This document shows positions 57,504-64,000 of a DNA stretch of 64,000 nt, piece after piece. Every line of letters starts with the position of its first letter. Within the stretch, counting starts at the first letter, position 1. The notes under the pieces were generated by a model. The model was not told the DNA's origin and ran no database searches. It saw nothing but the letters and a program-made list of their open reading frames with translations. This DNA comes from Caldilineales bacterium (lineage in GTDB: Bacteria; Chloroflexota; Anaerolineae; J102), in NCBI GenBank assembly GCA_037443945.1, contig JBBINH010000001.1:5965-69964 (forward strand), read 5' to 3'. The position numbers and the translations under genes were made by a program.

Positions 57504-58595
57504 ATGACGGCGGGTTATCATCCTCTGAGCTGGGTGGCCTGGCTGATGGCAGGGTTGACGGCAGCCCTGCTGACGCGCAATCCCTTTTATCTGCTCATCG
57601 TTTGCGCCGCCGCTGCCTTTGTTTTTGGCGTGCTGCTCCAACATCACGCCGGTCACACCGAACCCACCGCCGCCGCGGCCCGTCCGCAGGCCTGGCGGCC
57701 GGTGGTCCGGTTGGCGCTGTTTCTGGGGTTGTTTACGGTGCTGTTCAATTTCCTCACCTCGCATTACGGCCGTGTGGTCCTGGTCCGCTTGCCCGTCGCT
57801 TGGCCTTTGCTCGGTGGCCCCCTCACCCTGGAGGCCCTTTTGTACGGTCTGAGCACGGCTCTGAGTTTTCTGGCCTTGCTCTTGGTCTTCACCGTGTTCA
57901 ACGGCGCCGTAGGCCCTCATGATGTCTTGCGGCTGTTGCCGACGTTTGCCTATCAGGCCGGAGTGGCGCTCACGATTGCCGTTTCCTTCGTGCCCCAGAC
58001 GGTGGTCGCCTGGCAAGAGCTGCAGGAGGCCCACCGCTTGCGTGGGTACCATCGGCGCCGTCTGCGCGATTGGCAACCGCTTTTCGTGGCGCTGTTGGCG
58101 AACGGGTTGGATCGGGCCGTGCAACTGGCCGAGTCCATGGAGGCGCGCGGTTTCGGCGCCGCCACAGCAGCCCTGACGCCGAGACAGACGCGGTTGTGGC
58201 GGACCGGGGCCATCATCGGCCTGGTGGCTTTGCTGATGGGCCTGCTGGTGCGCGCGTTTTGGCCGGCTGCCGAGAGGCCGGGTCTGTTGGTCATGGCCGT
58301 GGGTGCATTGCTGGTTGTGGGGGTCCTCATGCGCCAGGGCCGCGCCATCCGCCGATCCCGCTATCGCCGTTGGCTGTGGCGGCGGCGAGATACGGCCGTG
58401 ACCGTCACGGCGCTGGTCGTGATGGCCGGCATGCTCGCCATGACGCGGGTTGGGGAGGACCTGCTTTTTTACTATCCGTACCCACCTTATGACTGGATGC
58501 CACCGTTTCATCCCGTGCCGGGTTTGTTGGCGGCTTTGTTGCTCATGCCGGCCCTGCTCATGCCGCCCGCTTCGCCGGTTCTCGGTGAGGGGTAA
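57504..58595 (+). CDS. ECF transporter T component
   Basis: HPLSW, TRNP, LDRAVQLAESMEARGF conserved ARG motif. Confidence 0.9.
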   Translation: MTAGYHPLSWVAWLMAGLTAALLTRNPFYLLIVCAAAAFVFGVLLQHHAGHTEPTAAAARPQAWRPVVRLALFLGLFTVLFNFLTSHYGRVVLVRLPVAWPLLGGPLTLEALLYGLSTALSFLALLLVFTVFNGAVGPHDVLRLLPTFAYQAGVALTIAVSFVPQTVVAWQELQEAHRLRGYHRRRLRDWQPLFVALLANGLDRAVQLAESMEARGFGAATAALTPRQTRLWRTGAIIGLVALLMGLLVRAFWPAAERPGLLVMAVGALLVVGVLMRQGRAIRRSRYRRWLWRRRDTAVTVTALVVMAGMLAMTRVGEDLLFYYPYPPYDWMPPFHPVPGLLAALLLMPALLMPPASPVLGEG

Positions 58596-58600
58596 AGCCC

Positions 58601-60247
58601 ATGATCGCCCTTGACCGTTTCAGCTTTCGCTATGCCGGGGCAGCCGAACCCACCTTGCATGGGGTTTCCCTGCGGTTGCCGCAGGGGGCGTTTGTGCTGG
58701 TCATCGGACCGTCGGGGTCGGGCAAATCCACGTTTCTGCGCACGCTCAACGGCCTGGTCCCCCATTTCTACGGAGGGCATCTCAGCGGTTGCGTGCGCGT
58801 GGACGGTCGCGACCCGGTGCAGGCGGCGCCGAAAGGAATGGCGGACCTGGTGGGGATGGTCTTTCAGGATCCCGAATCCGGTTTTGTCGTCGACCGGGTT
58901 GAGGACGAGCTGGCCTTCGCGCTGGAGAATTGGGCACTGCCCCAGGATGTGATGCGCAAACGGGTGGAAGAAGTGCTGGATCAGTTGCGCATCGCCCATC
59001 TGCGCCATCGGCCGGTCAGCACGCTTTCCGGCGGCGAGAAACAGCGGGTGGCCATTGCGGCGGTGCTGACGCTCCATCCTCAGGTGCTTTTGCTGGATGA
59101 GCCGACTTCTCAGCTCGATCCGCAGGCCGCCGAGGAGGTGTTGCTGGCCTTACGCCAACTCAATGAGGACCTGGGGCTGACCGTGGTCCTTTCCGAGCAT
59201 CGCCTGGAGCGGGTGGTGCAGTATGCCGATTTGGTTTTGTATTGGCCGGGTCATGGTCAACCGCCCCTGCTCGGTACACCGACCGAGGTGCTGCGCCGGG
59301 TGCCGCTGACGCCTCCGCTGATCACGCTGGGCAAGACCCTGGGCTGGGAACCCCTGCCCCTGACCATCAAAGAGGGACGTCGCTTCGCTCAGGCCCTAAA
59401 AGAGCATCTGCATTTGCCGACGGTACCGCCGGAAACGCCGCCGCCAGCCAACGGCCGTGAGGCCGTGGTGGTCGTCGAGAAGCTGTGGTATCGCTATACA
59501 AGCGGGGGCCGCGGGCCCGGCATCGAGGCCCTGACCGGGGTCAGTTTGCGGGTGCATCAGGGCGAGTTTGTGGCGCTCATGGGACGCAACGGCAGCGGCA
59601 AGACCACCCTGCTCAAGCATCTCATCGGTTTGTTGCAGCCCACCCAGGGCCATGTGCGCGTCGTGGGCTATGAGACAGGCCGCGTCTCTACCGAAACCCT
59701 GGCCCGGCGTGTGGCCTATGTCCCCCAAAACCCGGAGCGACTGCTCTTTGCCGAAACCGTGGCCGAGGAGTTGGCCCTCAGCCGTCGTGCCCATGGTCTG
59801 CCGCCCGATCCGGAGGCCGACCGGGCGCTATTGGCACGGTTGGGGCTCGACCATTGCCGGGACAGCCATCCGCACGATTTATCGGTGGGGGAGAAGCAAC
59901 GTCTGGCTCTGGCCGCCGTGCTCGTGCCCGATCCGGAGCTGATCCTGCTCGACGAGCCTACCCGTGGGCTTGATTACGTGCAAAAACACATCCTGGCCGG
60001 GCTGCTGCATGAGCTGCGCCAGACGGGCAAGACGGTGATCATGGCTACCCACGATGTCGAGCTGGCAGCGGCCACGGCCGACCGCGTTGTGCTCATGGCC
60101 GAAGGTCAGATCGTGGTGGACGGCCCGGCGCGACGGGTGATGGCCGAATCGCTTGTCTTTGCCAGTCAGGTCAATAAGCTGTTTCGCGATCCGCGTTTGC
60201 TCACGCCGGAGGACGTGCTGGCCGGGCTGGAGGAGGCCAGGCGATGA
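58601..60247 (+). CDS. ECF transporter ATPase, duplicated ABC domains
   Basis: GPSGSGKST/LSGGEKQR/LDEP and GRNGSGKTT/LSVGEKQR/LDEP. Confidence 0.93.
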   Translation: MIALDRFSFRYAGAAEPTLHGVSLRLPQGAFVLVIGPSGSGKSTFLRTLNGLVPHFYGGHLSGCVRVDGRDPVQAAPKGMADLVGMVFQDPESGFVVDRVEDELAFALENWALPQDVMRKRVEEVLDQLRIAHLRHRPVSTLSGGEKQRVAIAAVLTLHPQVLLLDEPTSQLDPQAAEEVLLALRQLNEDLGLTVVLSEHRLERVVQYADLVLYWPGHGQPPLLGTPTEVLRRVPLTPPLITLGKTLGWEPLPLTIKEGRRFAQALKEHLHLPTVPPETPPPANGREAVVVVEKLWYRYTSGGRGPGIEALTGVSLRVHQGEFVALMGRNGSGKTTLLKHLIGLLQPTQGHVRVVGYETGRVSTETLARRVAYVPQNPERLLFAETVAEELALSRRAHGLPPDPEADRALLARLGLDHCRDSHPHDLSVGEKQRLALAAVLVPDPELILLDEPTRGLDYVQKHILAGLLHELRQTGKTVIMATHDVELAAATADRVVLMAEGQIVVDGPARRVMAESLVFASQVNKLFRDPRLLTPEDVLAGLEEARR

Positions 60248-61035
60248 AGCCGCGCGTTTCGGCATCGGCGCTTATTCTGGTGTTGGCCAGTCTGGTAGGG
60301 ATGGCGGCGTTTCTTGCGCCCTTTTTCAGCCCCAACGTGCGCCAGAGCGAGACCATGGTCATGGCCCACAGCCAGGATGCTCCTTTCGTCTTGATGGTGT
60401 TGACACTGCTGGCCCTGGCCGCTTTGTTTGCCCATCTGCGGCAGGGCCAGATGTCGGCCAAGACGCTGGCGCTGCTGGGGGCTTTGGCAGCCGTGGGCGC
60501 CGTGTTGCGCTTCGTGCCCGGTCCGGCCGGATTTTCGGCCGTCTTCTTCCTGCCGATTCTGGCCGGCTATGCTTTCGGCGCCCAGTTCGGCTTTCTTCTC
60601 GGCGTGTTGACTTTGCTGGTCTCGGCCTTTATGACCGGTGGGGTCGGCCCCTGGTTGCCTTATCAGATGTTTGCTTCGGGTTGGGTAGCGGCCATCGCCG
60701 GGCTGTTGCCGCATCCCCGACCTCATGCACGAGCCGAGATCCTCCTGCTGGCAGCGGCGGGCTTTGTGCTGGGGCTGTTCTACGGCGCCGTGATGAATCT
60801 GTGGTTCTGGCCTTTTGTCACGCAACCGGCCCAGGCGCATCTCTATTGGCAGCCGGGTCAGGGTATGGCCGCCGTCTTGCGGAGCTATGCCTTGTTTTAC
60901 ATGGCCACGTCGTTCTTTTGGGACCTGTGGCGCAGTGTGGGCAATGCCGCGCTTATCGGGCTTTTCGGTGCTCCGGTTTTGCGTGTGCTGCGCCGCTACG
61001 AGCAACGGTTCCATTTTGTTATAGAGCCGGCTTGA
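60244..61035 (+). CDS. cbrT: ECF S component, CbrT-like (cobalamin)
   Basis: FGAQFGFLLG, GGVGPWLPYQMFASGW, FFWDLWRSVGN; B12 riboswitch context. Confidence 0.8.
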   Translation: MKPRVSASALILVLASLVGMAAFLAPFFSPNVRQSETMVMAHSQDAPFVLMVLTLLALAALFAHLRQGQMSAKTLALLGALAAVGAVLRFVPGPAGFSAVFFLPILAGYAFGAQFGFLLGVLTLLVSAFMTGGVGPWLPYQMFASGWVAAIAGLLPHPRPHARAEILLLAAAGFVLGLFYGAVMNLWFWPFVTQPAQAHLYWQPGQGMAAVLRSYALFYMATSFFWDLWRSVGNAALIGLFGAPVLRVLRRYEQRFHFVIEPA

Positions 61036-61149
61036 CCGGAGGCGTCTGCAAGCCGTGCACGCGCCGGCATTGGCAAAAGCCGGAATAGCGCCGTTGGTTT
61101 CGGATGGGGGCCTCCTGTGATACAATGGACGCCATCCTCCTGCAGCCCG

Positions 61150-62100
61150 ATGGTGTTGTTCTTGCACGCCTTCCTTATCCACAACCCTGTCGCCGGTCAT
61201 CCTGCCCGTCATACTGCCCTGGGGCAGGCCATTGCTGCCTTACGCGCGGCCGGCTGGCAGGTCGAAGTGCGCGAAACGGTCCGCCGTAACCATGTCCGCG
61301 AACTGGCCGCCGAGGCCGCCAGGGCCGGTTATCATCCTATCATCGTCGCCGGTGGGGATGGCTCGATCGGTCAGGCGGCCCACGGCATCATCGCCGCCGG
61401 TGCTACCGACGTGGCTTTGGGCATTATTCCCCTGGGCAGTGGCAACGTTTTCGCCCGCGATGTCGGATTACCCCACCCTGACCACAGCCTCGGCGATGCC
61501 GTGCTGGCGGCCGTGCCAATTATCCTGGCCGGCGAAGCCGTTCCCCTGGATGTCGGTTTGGTCAACGGGACGGCTTTTATGTGCTGGGTCGGTTGCGGTC
61601 TCGATGCCGCCATTACCGTTCGGGTCGAAAACCAACTCGCCAGCAAGCGGCGGGCGCCGGTGATGACCTACCTGACCGAGTTTCTTCGCTATCTCCCTCG
61701 CCATCGTGCTGCACAAACGACCCTGCTGGTGGACGACCGGGAACGGCTCGAAAGCCGTTACACCCTCACCATCGTCAGCAACATCGGCCTTTATGCCCGT
61801 TACCTGTGGGTGACGCCCCAGGCCCAATTGAACGATGGTTTTTTCGACCTGCTCGCTGTCGCCGAAGAACATCCCCTCCGTTTCTTGCTGCTGGCGCTCA
61901 AGCTTTTGATCTACCCTCGTAGCACCGATCCCCGTCTGATCCGACGTCGGTTACACCGCCTTGAGGTGACAACCGATCCGCCGCAGATGTACCACCTCGA
62001 CGGAGACCCGACCGACCGGACGCCGTTCACCGTCAGCTTGCTTCCCCGGCGTCTACCGGTCTATCTCGATCGGCGCCGCTCCGGCCATCGCCTTGTCTGA
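61150..62100 (+). CDS. diacylglycerol kinase family lipid kinase (YegS/BmrU-like)
   Basis: HNPVAG, GGDGSIG, PLGSGNVFA, HLDGDP; start uncertain. Confidence 0.88.
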   Translation: MVLFLHAFLIHNPVAGHPARHTALGQAIAALRAAGWQVEVRETVRRNHVRELAAEAARAGYHPIIVAGGDGSIGQAAHGIIAAGATDVALGIIPLGSGNVFARDVGLPHPDHSLGDAVLAAVPIILAGEAVPLDVGLVNGTAFMCWVGCGLDAAITVRVENQLASKRRAPVMTYLTEFLRYLPRHRAAQTTLLVDDRERLESRYTLTIVSNIGLYARYLWVTPQAQLNDGFFDLLAVAEEHPLRFLLLALKLLIYPRSTDPRLIRRRLHRLEVTTDPPQMYHLDGDPTDRTPFTVSLLPRRLPVYLDRRRSGHRLV

Positions 62101-62118
62101 AAGGGACCGGAACTCGCT

Positions 62119-63321
62119 ATGGCCTTTGTGTTCACCGTTGCCGAGTTGGCCGCCTACCTCACCGAGCGGCTGCGCGAGGATGAGACGCTCCTCGACCTGA
62201 GCGTCGTCGGCGAGATCGGGCAGCTTTCGCAGCCGAACTCCGGCCATGTCTACTTCACGTTGAAAGACGAAGGCGCCGTGCTGCAGGCGGTGATGTGGCG
62301 CAGCGTCGTGCGGTATCTGGGCTGTTTGCCCGCCGTCGGTCAGACCGTCATTGCCCATGGCCGTCTCGAGTTCTATCCGCCGCGAGGGGAGCTGCGGCTT
62401 ATCGCCGACGATCTCCAACCCGAAGGCGGGGTGGGTGAGCTGTACCGCCGCTTCGAGCAGACCAAAACACGGCTGCAGGCCGAAGGTTTGTTCGACACGG
62501 CCCGGAAGCGACCGCTACCCCCCTGTCCGCGGCGCATCGGTCTGGTCACATCGCCCACGGGGGCGGCCGTCCACGATTTCCTGCGTGTGTTGGCCGAACG
62601 CTGGCCTTTGGCCGATGTCCTGCTGGTGCCGAGTCTGGTGCAAGGGGATCAGGCCCCGGCCTCACTGCGGGCAGCTCTGGCGGCGCTCTACCACCGGCAG
62701 GATATCGACGTGATCGTCCTAGCCCGCGGGGGTGGATCCATCGAAGACCTCTGGGCGTTCAACGATGAGGACCTGGCCCGCTTCATCGCCCGCTCGCCTG
62801 TGCCGGTGATCACCGCCATCGGCCATGAGACCGATTTTACCATCGCCGATTTTGTCGCCGACTACCGCGCCCCGACGCCCACGGCGGCCGCCCATGCCGT
62901 TGTGGCCATCGACGCGACTACCTATCGCCGGCAACTGAGTCAGACGATGGTCCGTCTGACCGATCTCGCCCGTCATCATGTGACCCGCCGGCGGCTGCAG
63001 GTGGAGCAAACCGAAGCCGCCTTGCGGCGGTTGTCGCCCCGTTATCGTATCGAGCAACAGCGACAGTACCTGGATGAGCTGGACCGGCGACTGACCCGCA
63101 GCTGGGAGCAAGCGTTCCAGCGACGGCGTCTGCTGGTGAACGGCCTGGAGCAACGTTTGGCGGCGCTCAATCCTCTGGCCGTCTTGAGCCGCGGGTATGC
63201 CCTCGTGCGCGATGCCGACGGCCGCGTGGTGCGGTCGGTCGCCCAGGCCGTACCAGGGCGGCGGCTGCACGTCCATGTGGCCGATGGCCGGTTCCGTGTT
63301 GTCGTTTCTAACGGGGGATAA
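62119..63321 (+). CDS. xseA: exodeoxyribonuclease VII large subunit
   Basis: SGHVYFTLKD, VTSPTGAAVHD, RGGGSIEDLWAFN, IGHETD, PTPTAAA, LSRGYA. Confidence 0.96.
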   Translation: MAFVFTVAELAAYLTERLREDETLLDLSVVGEIGQLSQPNSGHVYFTLKDEGAVLQAVMWRSVVRYLGCLPAVGQTVIAHGRLEFYPPRGELRLIADDLQPEGGVGELYRRFEQTKTRLQAEGLFDTARKRPLPPCPRRIGLVTSPTGAAVHDFLRVLAERWPLADVLLVPSLVQGDQAPASLRAALAALYHRQDIDVIVLARGGGSIEDLWAFNDEDLARFIARSPVPVITAIGHETDFTIADFVADYRAPTPTAAAHAVVAIDATTYRRQLSQTMVRLTDLARHHVTRRRLQVEQTEAALRRLSPRYRIEQQRQYLDELDRRLTRSWEQAFQRRRLLVNGLEQRLAALNPLAVLSRGYALVRDADGRVVRSVAQAVPGRRLHVHVADGRFRVVVSNGG

Positions 63322-63324
63322 ACG

Positions 63325-63615
63325 ATGGAGGACCTGTCCCATCTCACTTTTGAGCAAGCCCTGGCCGAGTTGCAGCGCGCCGTGGCGGCGCTGGAAGCAG
63401 GCAGCGGCGATCTGGAGGCCGATCTCGCCCACTACGAGCGCGGCATGGCGCTGATTCGGCATTGCCATCACCTGCTCGATCGGGCCGAACTGCGCGTGCG
63501 GCTGCTGATGCCGACGGGCGAAGAGATGGCCCTCTCGGCGGGCGGTCATGGGGTCCCCGAAGCGCTTTCTGAGGAAAGGACCTTCGACCTCGATAGCGAG
63601 CGCGAGCCGTTTTGA
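63325..63615 (+). CDS. xseB: exodeoxyribonuclease VII small subunit
   Basis: TFEQALAEL..LE.G..LE..L..YERG..L..C..LL..AE. Confidence 0.93.
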   Translation: MEDLSHLTFEQALAELQRAVAALEAGSGDLEADLAHYERGMALIRHCHHLLDRAELRVRLLMPTGEEMALSAGGHGVPEALSEERTFDLDSEREPF

Positions 63616-63624
63616 GGAGGGCCT

Positions 63625-64000
63625 GTGTTTCCTGTAGCGTGGACCGGCCTGGATTACCTGAGCCTGGTTGTGTTGCTGGTGTTGGCGGTGTTTGTCCGTC
63701 TGGCCCGCCGTTCGGCCACGGCGGCAGTGGTGCCTGCTTCTCCGGACGATCTGGCCGATCTCGACCGTGGCGACCTCGGCGCCGGAGCGATGGTGCCTAT
63801 GGTAACCGTTTTGACAGCGCCCGCGCGCCCCGAGCGACTCGTGGCCGATCTCCCGGTTTTGCCTGCGGTTCTCGCTCCCACAACCGAACGGCGCAGCGCC
63901 GACCCGGCCGCATTGGCCGTCTTAGCCTGGCTGACCGACGAGGCCATCGATGGCGAGGAGTCCCAGGCGTCGCCCGTCGCTCCTGAGGCCATGACGGCGA
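63625..64000 (+). CDS. partial hypothetical membrane-anchored protein (runs off the window end)
   Basis: GAGGAGG RBS, GTG 63625, N-terminal hydrophobic helix, frame open to the end; absent from the ORF track because no stop is in the window. Confidence 0.6.
   Translation, partial: MFPVAWTGLDYLSLVVLLVLAVFVRLARRSATAAVVPASPDDLADLDRGDLGAGAMVPMVTVLTAPARPERLVADLPVLPAVLAPTTERRSADPAALAVLAWLTDEAIDGEESQASPVAPEAMTA

Overview
GC-rich 64 kb bacterial chromosomal segment. Several features point to Chloroflexota (Anaerolineae/Ardenticatenia/Caldilineae-like), by inference only: a GAAC-N4-GTTC LexA box, GT-C membrane glycosyltransferases, Pro/Thr-rich linkers and C-terminal LPxxR-type tails. Two accessory systems stand out. 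(1) 8.9-22.7 kb is a respiratory island. It has a 5-gene multiheme cytochrome operon behind a CRP/FNR-type promoter: a 22-heme lipoprotein, a 34-heme secreted protein, a split CbcL-like 9-heme c plus cytochrome b pair, and an ImcH-like NapC/NirT protein. A Rieske/cytochrome b/triheme c complex follows. Together these carry 81 hand-counted heme-binding motifs, and there is no porin gene. (2) 54.2-61.0 kb is a cobalamin-riboswitch-controlled operon. A secreted prenyltransferase-like alpha-barrel and two DUF4430-like proteins, resembling the separated alpha and beta domains of transcobalamin/intrinsic factor, precede a CbrT-type ECF transporter. Also found: two copies of a ~100-bp MITE-like element, each with its own 8-bp target-site duplication; an Rpn-family gene with a likely internal start, next to a MazG-like gene inside a GT-C cluster; a TrxR-like flavoprotein lacking its CxxC; an orphan Dam-type methylase; and several candidate structured RNAs. 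The rest is housekeeping (sbcC, kce, malic enzyme, accC/BCCP, thrC, argH, trpA, class A PBP, lexA, gmk, priA, xseAB). No tRNA, rRNA or CRISPR array was seen. All calls were made by eye; no database search or folding program was run.
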